DNA from: a virus
Taxonomy: Duplodnaviria > Caudoviricetes
IMG/VR virus record: IMGVR_UViG_3300021431_000093
Coordinates: 36,005-100,004 of that record
Length of the DNA: 64,000 nucleotides
Direction: 5' to 3' (one strand)
Under the pieces are notes generated by a model. It was not told where the DNA came from and did not search any database. It saw nothing but the letters and a program-made list of their open reading frames with translations. The position numbers and the translations under genes are program-made. This document shows, in pieces, positions 39,339 to 50,100 of the stretch (positions within the stretch are counted from its first letter, which is position 1; every line of letters begins with the position of its first letter).

Positions 39339-40148
39339 TTAATTGGACTCCTTAACATTTTTAAATTTATATGTTACTGTATACGTACCAGTTGTTCTAG
39401 CATACTCAACATTTTCCTCTTCATCAGGATATGTCTTCTTTGTTGGTAAACAAACATCCCAAACATCAACTTGCTCACCAGTTACTTCATTAGTTATTTG
39501 TACAGCACCTTTAATATACCTAAAGTCAAGTTTTAATCCTTCCTGAATAACTTCACTAACTTTTATTCCTAATCTAGTTGGAATAGCAAGAACATAAAAC
39601 TGATTATCAGCGTCTTCAATATTACAAGCTAAACCATTAGTCATAATATCAGCTAAATCTACATTTTCCAATTGAGTTAAATTAGTTGTAATAAAATCAA
39701 CTGTCCAAGCTAATGGTAATTCACTTAATAAACCAAAATGAATAGGTAAATCATCATGTCTTGCAGATAATATTGCTATAATAATATCATATAAAGAAGT
39801 ATCCTTAGGGAATACATCTCCTGCTTTAACTCCACCAACATTAAATAATGAAACTAATTCTTCTTTTAATTTAATATCAGGTTTATTCTTAATATAAGAA
39901 TAACTTGATTCATCTTTTTCATTCCAGTCAGCTTGTGAAGCAGATGTATCTACAATATTTCCTAATTTAATTTTCTTACCTTTTCCAGCAGAATCAACAT
40001 AAACAAACATATCAGTGTTAATTTCAGCTGGTTCAATTTCCTCAAAATCTCCAAGTTTACGAGGTACAGTTGCATTCCTAAGAATGCTCATTCTATCCTC
40101 ACAACCTGTAAATCCTGAATTGAATCTTATATCTTTATTAACAGGCAT
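39339..40148 (-). CDS. Fibre-associated structural protein
   Basis: QADWNE.D.....YIKNKP fibre motif. Confidence 0.55.
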   Translation of the reverse strand: MPVNKDIRFNSGFTGCEDRMSILRNATVPRKLGDFEEIEPAEINTDMFVYVDSAGKGKKIKLGNIVDTSASQADWNEKDESSYSYIKNKPDIKLKEELVSLFNVGGVKAGDVFPKDTSLYDIIIAILSARHDDLPIHFGLLSELPLAWTVDFITTNLTQLENVDLADIMTNGLACNIEDADNQFYVLAIPTRLGIKVSEVIQEGLKLDFRYIKGAVQITNEVTGEQVDVWDVCLPTKKTYPDEEENVEYARTTGTYTVTYKFKNVKESN

Positions 40149-40161
40149 CGTTTATCTCTCC

Positions 40162-41103
40162 CTATTCACTCCATATTGAATTTAAAACTAAACACTTATC
40201 ATCATCTTCAGATACACTAAATTTAATTGCCCTTAATCCACCAGTAACAACTTTCTGGCTAACTGCACCGTCAGTGTTATCACCAAATTCCTGATATAAT
40301 TTCATAATACCAGGAGTTGTTTCAGTAGCTTGTGGTAAACTAATAATTGTATTAGATGAATTAATAAGGTTAGTACTATTTACTATTCTAATTGAATTTG
40401 ACCACTCCGTAGGTTTACTTATTGTTCCATTATATTCACCAAGTACACCAACATATAATCTACCAGGGCCACCTAGTACATCTATAGGAATTATACAAGT
40501 TTTATCTTCAATCAAACTTCCTATAATGTGATTATATTCATCCTTGAAGAATGCTATCTTTGAGAATTTATCCCAAGATGAATCAAATTCAAACTTACAC
40601 CTATATAACTCTTCACTACCAGCAACAACTATAGAATTTTCTTTTGCTTCTACACTCTGTCTTGAAACATCAACCTGAACAGGATACAATTCTAATTCAT
40701 CATCAGTAAAATATGCTCCATCAAGTGTTTCTACAGCAAATAAATGGAAAATTTCAGAAACAATTATACTTCCATCCATTAACTCAACTTTCATTTGAGC
40801 CTGAATTTTACCTTTACTGAATAAATATGTTTCTTTTTCACTTAATGTAAAATATAATAGTGAATTGTCAAAAGATGATACAAAGGTATCATCCAATGTT
40901 TTCTTTAATACGATTTTATCATTCTGTACATAAACAATAACAAGTTTCTTTATTAAATCGTAATCAAATGGTAAATTAAATGTTTGTGATCTAGTACCTC
41001 CAATAATTAATAAATTATCATCATTACCATCACAAAATAAGCATTCATCAGGAGTTGCACCACCAGATAATAATTGTTTTAATCTTTCAAAATTATCTGC
41101 CAT
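40162..41103 (-). CDS. Fibre attachment/baseplate upper-like protein
   Basis: Two beta-rich domains; QATETTPGIMKL and NTDGAVSQKVVT fibre motifs. Confidence 0.5.
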   Translation of the reverse strand: MADNFERLKQLLSGGATPDECLFCDGNDDNLLIIGGTRSQTFNLPFDYDLIKKLVIVYVQNDKIVLKKTLDDTFVSSFDNSLLYFTLSEKETYLFSKGKIQAQMKVELMDGSIIVSEIFHLFAVETLDGAYFTDDELELYPVQVDVSRQSVEAKENSIVVAGSEELYRCKFEFDSSWDKFSKIAFFKDEYNHIIGSLIEDKTCIIPIDVLGGPGRLYVGVLGEYNGTISKPTEWSNSIRIVNSTNLINSSNTIISLPQATETTPGIMKLYQEFGDNTDGAVSQKVVTGGLRAIKFSVSEDDDKCLVLNSIWSE

Positions 41104-41118
41104 TTAAATCTCCTTTTA

Positions 41119-41616
41119 CTACTTGTCAGTTTCCTTTTGTTTTTTAAGAGGTAAATCTATTACAGTTTTGACCAAATCAGTAATAAAGGAATCTCCTCCT
41201 AATTCGTGATATGAATCGTACTGACTACTTATCGTTTCTTTTTCGTTTATCGTAGCAAAGCCTCTTCCTATAAAATCATCACAGGACCTGAGCAAAGAAT
41301 TTCTTTGCATTGTTAATAATGCACCTCGAACTTGTTGATCACTTCTCTCGGCAGCATCTATTTTCATTTGTAACTTATCTACTTTCTTATTCATATCATC
41401 AGAGAGGTTATCAATCCTATTATTAATCTCACCTGACATGTCATCTATTTTATCATTTAAACTGTTGGTTAAATCATCTATTTTTGTATCCATTTTTGTA
41501 AATGGAGCAGTAATATCATCTTTAATATCTTTCAATAACTTTTTAAAATTTCAAAGTAAGGTAATTATACCAATAGCTGCTGCTATATAACCCCAGGATT
41601 GTGTTAAGAATTCCAT
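41119..41616 (-). CDS. Putative holin-like membrane protein (165 aa, code 4)
   Basis: N-terminal TM helix YIAAAIGIITLL-W(TGA), coiled coil, C-terminal Y..YHELGG motif. Confidence 0.55.
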
Positions 41617-41620
41617 ATGC

Positions 41621-41977
41621 TTATCCTTTCATGTTTACTTCAATATCTTCCTCCGGTACAATTATCTCACCTAATTCTGATATTTCATTTGTAACTGTAT
41701 CTTTGCCATTGTCTATAATTTCAGCTTGAGAATTTACTTTTTGTAAAGCTGCTTCAAGCTGACCTATGTTAATGTATAAACCATTAACTATATCCTTAAT
41801 TATATCTACTACTTCAGAATTATTGATATCCTGACTTAATGTTAAATTTACAGAATTAAATAAGTCTACGGAATCCCATGAATTCTTAATTAAGGTAGTT
41901 ATTAAGGTTGTAGAAGATAAATCTTGAATTACTGGTTCTTCAATTATATCATCTTCCTCAAGAAGTATTTTTCTCAT
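41621..41977 (-). CDS. Hypothetical acidic protein, MRKILLEE leader
   Basis: TAATG coupling to upstream gene; GAGG RBS. Confidence 0.6.
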   Translation of the reverse strand: MRKILLEEDDIIEEPVIQDLSSTTLITTLIKNSWDSVDLFNSVNLTLSQDINNSEVVDIIKDIVNGLYINIGQLEAALQKVNSQAEIIDNGKDTVTNEISELGEIIVPEEDIEVNMKG

Positions 41978-44361
41978 TAACCCCTCCTTAATAAAGCATT
42001 AATTTCAGCTTGAGCATCTCCTAACTGACCCATAGCAGCTTGGTATTTAGCTTCGGCAGCAGCAACAGCCCTAGCATCTTCTTCATCAGTACCTTCAAGG
42101 TCTAATTCTACCATAGCAATTTGCTTACGAAGTTCCTTCAATCTTTGCTGTAATTCAGTTAATCTTTGTTTATTACGTCTTGATTCATCTGAACCATTTG
42201 TTCTTACTTGTTCAAGTTCACGTTGAGAACGATCAACTCTATCCTGTAAATTATTAATATTATTCTTTAGAGAAATATATCTTTCAAGTGGCTTCTGTAA
42301 TGATCTTTCTGAATTAGCATATCTCTTTCTAGCTTCAGCATCATTAATATCACCTTGTAATTCTTTGATACTATCATTTAATTTGTCAATCCTCTGTTGA
42401 TAATATCTCTTATCTGAATCACTTGTTGCATTTTTAATATACTCCTGATACTGTTTCAACTCTTTCTTATAACGATCAACTCTTTGACGTCTATAACTAC
42501 TACTATTCATCAAATCAACATTACCACGAATTTCTGGATCACCCCAATATTTAGAAGCAACACCTCTACTCTTTAAGTCAGAAACACTACCATATCTTGA
42601 TTCAGGATTTTCTCTCCTCTGACTTAATAAATCTGGATCTTTCTGACCTTCAGGTTTATGTTCATTAGTTACATAAATCTTCGATGCAATATTAAATAAA
42701 TGTTTAGCAGGTACATGTAAAGTATCCTTAATCTTCTGACCATTCTTTTTTACATATGCCAAATTGTCTGGTAACCATTCATCCCTGTGATTTAAACTTG
42801 GATATCCATTATCACGGAAATCTATTAATTTTCCATTGACTAATAATCTTACTTGTTTAGGATCTTCCTTATAAAGTTTATACCCTGTATTAGCATCTAC
42901 TTCCTGATAATCAGCATTCTGTAAATCTGTATTTGCTCCACTTCTTCCAGTATAGTTTGCTTGTTTATATGCTTTTGCTAAATCAGCTGGAATTTTTTCA
43001 TCTAATACTTCTTCATTTACCTTAAGAATATTATTCATTGCAATGTTGAAAGCATCTTCAAATATACCATCTCTATCAGGAACTTCTGGATGAGTACGCA
43101 TAAATGACTTTAATAAATTTGTAATATTATCAGCTAAAATAAAGATGTCATCATTCAACTCGTCTTCAAAATCCTCAGTTAAAACATCAGATGGCTCTTC
43201 AAGAGTTAATTTTTCTGATAAACCTTTAATTGGTTTTACTTCAAATTCATTAATCTCTTCAACATCCTTAACTTTATCTGCTAATTCCTTATTGACTTCT
43301 TTTTCATGTTCTTCAGCTGACTTTTCAATTTCCTTAGCTTGTTCTTCATCATTTTTGCCTAAAGAAATATTATCATTTATAATCAACTCTTCCGAAAGAT
43401 TTTTATTCATACCTAAACCCTCATTTAATTCATCTTTAATATGCTTAATTAAATTTAATTCATCATCTATACCATTTTTCGCTTTACCAAGTGCAGCTAT
43501 AACTTTAATTGTACCCTTATTAGCATTCCTTAAGATATAATCACCTGGTAATACATCTTTATGAGTATTTATAGTAATAGCATAAGTTGAATCACCAATA
43601 TCAACTAACTTATTTTGTTTAGCATTCTTTAAACCTAAATCTTCAGATGAATTAAATGTTACAACATTACCTTTACCATATTTTGTTCTTGCTAAATCAG
43701 TAAATCCATTCTCTTTAGCAAACTCACTGAATGTAGCGTAAGTTTCATTAGATGTAAATTTACTATTATTAGCTTTGTTTCTAACTGTAACAGCACTGAC
43801 ATTCATCAGATGATCAAGTTCATTAACTAATACAAATGAATACTTATCACCTTGAGATGGAGCACAGAACCAAGTAGCATTCATGTGAGCATAATGTACT
43901 TTAATTCTTTCCTTCATCAAATCAATGATTTCAGAATCTTTTAATCGAAGATTTACTGTGCCAGTCTTCTGATAATCACCAATTATTTCATCAGCAAAGT
44001 TTTTATTAAGATAATCAACAATGTCTTGTTTGCACTTAACATCAGCTTGAGTATCTCTTCCGCCTTCCTCTTCTGATGGATTTACATCAGGAATAAATGT
44101 TAACTTATCTCCATCAACTCTTAAAGCAAACTCACCTGCCTGAGCTGGTAAGTCTTTACATTCAATATAGAATAATGTTTTACCATCATTTTGTACAGCT
44201 ATATCTGGTTTAGAATTATCATTACCACCCATATGAGCAAATACAATACCTGGTAATTCAGCACCATACTTTTTATTGAGATAATCTACAGCTTCTTTTT
44301 CATAAGCTTCACCTGCATTATCTTCTGTAAGAATTAATTTATTTTCACCTAATATTTTCAT
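41977..44361 (-). CDS. Multi-module putative virion cargo protein with N-terminal PD-(D/E)xK nuclease (794 aa)
   Basis: GEAYE...KPDI...YIECK; L-x-E punctuation; start reassigned to ATG 44361 behind the late promoter and AAGGA RBS. Confidence 0.65.
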   Translation of the reverse strand: MKILGENKLILTEDNAGEAYEKEAVDYLNKKYGAELPGIVFAHMGGNDNSKPDIAVQNDGKTLFYIECKDLPAQAGEFALRVDGDKLTFIPDVNPSEEEGGRDTQADVKCKQDIVDYLNKNFADEIIGDYQKTGTVNLRLKDSEIIDLMKERIKVHYAHMNATWFCAPSQGDKYSFVLVNELDHLMNVSAVTVRNKANNSKFTSNETYATFSEFAKENGFTDLARTKYGKGNVVTFNSSEDLGLKNAKQNKLVDIGDSTYAITINTHKDVLPGDYILRNANKGTIKVIAALGKAKNGIDDELNLIKHIKDELNEGLGMNKNLSEELIINDNISLGKNDEEQAKEIEKSAEEHEKEVNKELADKVKDVEEINEFEVKPIKGLSEKLTLEEPSDVLTEDFEDELNDDIFILADNITNLLKSFMRTHPEVPDRDGIFEDAFNIAMNNILKVNEEVLDEKIPADLAKAYKQANYTGRSGANTDLQNADYQEVDANTGYKLYKEDPKQVRLLVNGKLIDFRDNGYPSLNHRDEWLPDNLAYVKKNGQKIKDTLHVPAKHLFNIASKIYVTNEHKPEGQKDPDLLSQRRENPESRYGSVSDLKSRGVASKYWGDPEIRGNVDLMNSSSYRRQRVDRYKKELKQYQEYIKNATSDSDKRYYQQRIDKLNDSIKELQGDINDAEARKRYANSERSLQKPLERYISLKNNINNLQDRVDRSQRELEQVRTNGSDESRRNKQRLTELQQRLKELRKQIAMVELDLEGTDEEDARAVAAAEAKYQAAMGQLGDAQAEINALLRRG

Positions 44362-44381
44362 ATTTACATCCTTAATTATAT

Positions 44382-44392
44382 TAAATTTAGCA
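44382..44392 (-). promoter_or_regulatory. Putative late promoter
   Basis: TGCTAAATTTA. Confidence 0.7.
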
Positions 44393-44441
44393 TTTGCAGT
44401 TTTAACACTATTAAACTTATCCAAAAATATTATACAAAAAC

Positions 44442-44470
44442 AAAGGTACTACCATTAAAAAGTAGTACCT
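44442..44470 (-). terminator. Rho-independent terminator
   Basis: AGGTACTAC...GTAGTACCT then TTGTTTTT on the minus strand. Confidence 0.7.
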
Positions 44471-44498
44471 AATTAATTATATTTGATTTTATTACTTA

Positions 44499-46037
44499 TT
44501 ACAAGTACTTATCAATGTCTGATGAATCTTTTGTATCAACTTTTTTAGTTGGTAATTCTGCATCAGGATCACCTCATGGTCAAGTTGCTGTATCTTCATT
44601 AAGATTTTCTTCATTAACATCATCAATTAAATCTCTACGAATATCATTTGCTACATCAATAATAGCTTTAGCAGCTTCTTTCTCACCTGGATGCAAAGAT
44701 TTTCTCTTATTTAGTTGATCAACAGCATCTGATAATCTATATAATTCATTATGAATCCATCCTGCACCCTGACGAGCAATGTGTCTACCTTTATCAGTAG
44801 CAGCACTTTCATCTAAATCATCTTCCCAATCTTCATCATCAGCATCAGCTGGAAGAATCCTTGGTTCATCTAAATCATCATATACACCTTCATCAGTTAC
44901 AATAAATTCAATTCCTTTATCATCTTTATAAAGGTGTTTATTTTTACCTAAATCTTTAATGAATTCAAGATTATCATGAAATTCACCTGTTTCTTTATCA
45001 TATTCATCTAATAAATCTGCCATATCATATGTACCTTCCATATGAATTTCAACAGCTTCATTCAATGATTCTTCTTGCTCTCTACTTGCAAGAATCTCAT
45101 CATCATCTAATACTGAATTATATCCTGTCTTGTATTCTTTCTCAAACTGAACACCCTTACCTTGAACTAATTTATCACATGCTCTCATAAGAACATCCCA
45201 GTCATGTTGAGAAATATCTTGATCCCATGACATATCTAATGTGTCTGAATCTTCTAAATCAGAGCCTTCAAGGATACCCATTTCCTTAAAGAATGATTTT
45301 ACAACTCTAAAGAACTCAGGATACTGTACTTCAATTGAAATAGGATCATTATCATAAGAAGTAAATGGCATCTGAGTAAAATATTCTCTACCATACTCTT
45401 CTGATAAATCTTTAATTTCCTTTAATTCATCAGCTAACTTATTAGGATTCTTTGCTTTTGCTTCTGTTAACTCTTCAACAACATCTAAATCATTTTTTGC
45501 ATGATCCAAAACACCTTCAAGTAATGTCCAATCAAAAGGAATTAAATCAGCAATATCGTATACTTCAATATCTTCATCATCTTGGCCAGGATAAAGATTG
45601 TGCATTGTACTTAAAATATCTAATTTATCAAGTTGATCAATAAATTTATCTTGATCTTCAGCAAATCCTAAAATAGGGAATGCTTTTCTACCTTCCTCTT
45701 TCCAGTAAAGGTCTCCATTATTGTCTTCATAAATTTCACAATCTTCTCTAGCATCATTTAAAAGAACGCCAGGATCAACCAAATTAAAATTCTCATCTAA
45801 AACAAAACCACCAAGGAATTGATTTGAAATCATAGGAACAACTCTATATTCAAAGTCTTCCATTGCTTCATCATAGAATGCATCAGCATTATCACTTATA
45901 ATCTGATCCAATTCATCATCAGCTAATTGATCAACCATTTCCTGGTCGTACCAATTGGTCAACTCTAATCTCTTCTGATCAACTGGTAAATCAAGAATTT
46001 TATCTATATTACCTCTTGTACTCCAAATAGTTTTCAT
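44499..46037 (-). CDS. Acidic multi-module putative cargo protein (512 aa, code 4)
   Basis: Modules separated by ELTEA, ESLNEA, DLDES, NLNED. Confidence 0.6.
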
Positions 46038-46049
46038 TAAAAACTCTCC

Positions 46050-47090
46050 TTAATTATGATCAGTTAATACCACTCCGGTATCTATATCAATACCATCAAT
46101 ATGGTGATTACGTAACCAATCGATTAATTTCTTATTTCCTGCTTTATGGAAATAAACTTTCGTATCAGTTCCATCTAACCAAGAATCATCTATATCTTTA
46201 ATAACACCAAAAATATATACACCTAAATTGATATTATCACAGAATGCTAACATATTCTTTGTTAATGAACTGACACCTCTTCCTAACTCTACTTCATTCA
46301 AATTTTCACACATTAAGAATAATGCTGTTCCAACTTCAGTTACAGAATCAGGAATTTCCATATCTTTAAAATAGGATTTAGCAAATGCTCCTGAACCAAT
46401 TGCTTCAAGACCATCAGGTAAATAAACTTGATGTGAATATAATTCAGACATTGCTTTTCTACCGATTCGTTTAATATTTTCAGGTACAGCAAATACATCA
46501 TCAGCTTTTTTAACTTTAACTAATGTATCACCTTCAATGATCATATTAGATACGTCAGGTAAACCTTTAACTGTAGGAGCATCCATAATACAGTCAACTG
46601 TATGATCTGGAGCATCCCAAATATCACATCTGAGAGGATTATCCTGATAAGGACAAACACATCATTTATCATATCCTTCTTTACCTTTACGATCAATAAA
46701 TACATAGTAACCTAAATATCTTGATTGAGTGTAACTATTGAAATATTCTTGACCTCTGGTTTCATGACCTGGATAATTACCTGCTATACATCACTTTGTA
46801 CCTTTACCATAGTACTTCATAGCATCATAGGTTTTACAATGTACTACTAATCATCTACCATCATCATAAACCTTTTCAGCTCCGGCCATTTCTTCTTTTC
46901 TCTTCTGATTTTTAGAAACATAATTTTTCATGTATGTTTCTAATTCTTGAGGAGTTGATTTACTGATCCAGTAATCCAAATTATTATAAGGTGCTGGATA
47001 TTTGGACCTATTATCGAAGAATTGAGCAGCTAATTCTTCACCTGCTCAATTACGGAGGTCCTTCCTATTATATTCAAGAAGTCGTTCCAT
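46050..47090 (-). CDS. YG.GTKWC-motif domain plus BspA-type leucine-rich repeats (346 aa, code 4)
   Basis: MERLLEY start with GGAG RBS; LPDGLEAIGSGAF and IPDSVTEVG repeats. Confidence 0.75.
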
Positions 47091-47100
47091 TTAAATCTCC

Positions 47101-50100
47101 TTAATTTAATCTATAAGCAAATAAGTTATTACCTAACTCAATTTCTTCACCATCATAGTAAGAAATGAAATGAGCAACACCGTCTTCACTAATTGCTTCT
47201 TCAGCAACTTTATCAGTGTCAATATAATCTTTAGCCCAAATATCAAATGAATCACCGTACATATCTTTTACGAATGAAATCTTGCTATCTAAATCATCTA
47301 AACCTCTAAGGTATTCTAACATATCAGGATCATCTTCTGAATCTTCAAAATACTCAATTTCCTGCTCAATAATATCATCTATAGCATCTTCATCGATTGC
47401 ATTATCTAAAATCCAATCTTTAAAATGAGAAGTAAATGCATCAAGACCCATATCATCAAATAACATCTTAATTTCATCTACAGCTTTTTCATATGCTTCA
47501 TCTTCAGTACCAACAAAGTATTCTTCATTTCCTACTTCATAAAGTCCATCAGAATAACCATCTTCAATCTCATCAATATCAACACCTAAATGATCAGCTA
47601 ATGCACTAGCCTTAACATCACCAACTTCAGCTTCAGTTAATTTTTTAACTTTCATATTATCTTTATTTAAATCCTCTCTGACCCATCCGTCTCTCCATCA
47701 ATCAGTTGGAGCGAGAACTTTATCTCCATAAGTAGTAACTATATAAATAGGATCACCATCAGCTACCCATTTCCTAATTAAATCATTTTGACGTTTTAAA
47801 GCTCTTTCAGCTTCTACATCACCTGACTCCCATGAACCAGGTACATCATCTCCTGCTTTCTCACCTGTTCTACCGTTTTCAATATGATCATGACTTTCTC
47901 ATGCTGTACAGTAATCACATAGTGGAGGATACATCATATCATCAGTGAATTCACTTAATACTTCATCAAATGTCTCATTATTTAATGAAGCGAATTTTTC
48001 AATTGTTGCTGGAGTTACCTTATCCTCTCTACCGCAATAATAGCACTTAAATGTAGCACCATCAGGAGCAGCACTCTTATAAACTCTTGCTTTCTTAAAT
48101 CTTTCAACCTGCTCAGGAGTAAATTCTTTTACATCTTCATTAAGATTATTGATATCATCAGCATCTACAAAATCAACCTTTTCAATGCTATCTAAAATAT
48201 CTCTTCTTCTTCTGAAGTTAAATTTTCCATCACCAACTTCTTGAATATCTTTAGGATAATTCTCAGGATCATAGTATTTAGAATCATCAGATGGTTCACC
48301 ATATTCATCAATATCACCAGCCATGGCAGCATCTAACTGCCTAGCTCATCTAACAGCATCATCATAATTATCTGTTGTGAACTGAATCCAATTAATTCCA
48401 TACTCAACTTGACGATCACCAGTATCTCTATCGAAAATTAAATCATATCCTTTATGAGATTCATTTAAACTTTCGAACATCTTTTTATGTAACTTAAGAA
48501 TCTCTTCATCACTCATACTAGCACGGAGTACTGCTAATAACTCATCTTTTGTTAAATCATTATTATCTTCAGGAAGACCTGCCATATCAGCTAATGAATC
48601 ATAGCTTAAGCTATTAACCTTCGCTCTTTGATCAATTCTTTTCTGTCTTGCTCTTTCAGCCTTTGCTTTTTCTTTTCTTTCAGCAGCCTTCTGAGCTTTA
48701 ACTTGCTCTTTTTCAGCATCTAACTTCTCCTTATCAGCAAGTTTCTTTGCTCTAATTTCTTCAGGAGTCATATAACCAGGCATTCCATCAAATGCTGTAC
48801 CTTCATCTAATGATTCGTGGTACCCATTAGCAAACATCGCTTTACGTTGATCATCTGCAGCCTTTTTGGTCTTAAACTTTCCGTGTGTTCCTTCTTTACC
48901 TTTATTAACTCATTTATCACCTTGTTTAACAGTGTCTTCAGTTAATTTTTCATCGAACAATGAAAGTTGATCAGTTACTACTGCTTTATCTAAAGGTATC
49001 TCCACCCAAAGGTCTCTTCCACCATACTCATCAGCAACTAACCTTAATGCTTTAGGAAAATTATTTTCATCTTTTACGAATAAACCAGCAAACATCTCAT
49101 GGTCAGCTTTAAAATCATCTAATTCTTTTTTATCATGAATTACATAATCTTTTGCTATCTTTTTAGGAACATTATCATCTTCATTTAATTTTTCATAACC
49201 ATTAGCATCAACCATTCTTGCAAATGATTTTAAATCAGACATTTTACGATGATCAATTATTTTACCATTATCTATAATAGCAAACTGAATTTCACCATCT
49301 TCAGTAGGTTCTTCCATCTTAAGGATGATACCATTTTTATTTCTATATTTTGTACCTGGTTTTTCATCTATTACAAAATCTTCATCTAAATCATCAGTAG
49401 ACATTGCTTCTTTACGTTTATTAATATAATCAATAGCAACATCTTTTTTAGCTGTTAAATTATCCTTAACAAATGGATATTCTGATCTACTAGCATGTTT
49501 TAAAGCTCTATCATAAATTTCTTCAGCTGAAGCACCTTTTAATTTATCACAATATTTATTTAATACACTCTTTGCTGCAGATACCAATCCAACTTTTGTA
49601 GCTTCAACTAACTTAACTTCATAATGATCTTCAGGATATTCTTTCTTAACATCATCTATTGAATCCCATCGTCCACATTGAGCTGTAAATGATTTATTAG
49701 TGAGCTTATCCTTTATCCTATATTTAGGAACTGTTCTGAAATATCTATCCCTATCATTTTTATTATTCCACTTTGAACCAAGATAGAAATCACCCGACTC
49801 GCACAACTTTTCATCTATATCATCATCAATAGCCATTGTGTAATCAATATATAATGCTCTACAAACACCAAGGAAATCTTCCATTTCCATTTGACTGCAC
49901 CAAGCAGATCCTGTATTTACGATTTCATAAATCTTACTGGTATATCCAATGATACCTTCATACTCAAGATATTCATCTAATGCATCATATCCTTCTAAAG
50001 CATGTTCATAGATTTCATCGGTATATCCCATTATACCTTCCCACTCAAGGAATACTGCTAATGTATCACGAGGATCAGGGAAGCTAATTTCCATACCATT

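Noticed and set aside
44362-44424. TTG start at 44424 given in the ORF track
   Set aside because: The late promoter and RBS lie inside that extension, so ATG 44361 is preferred
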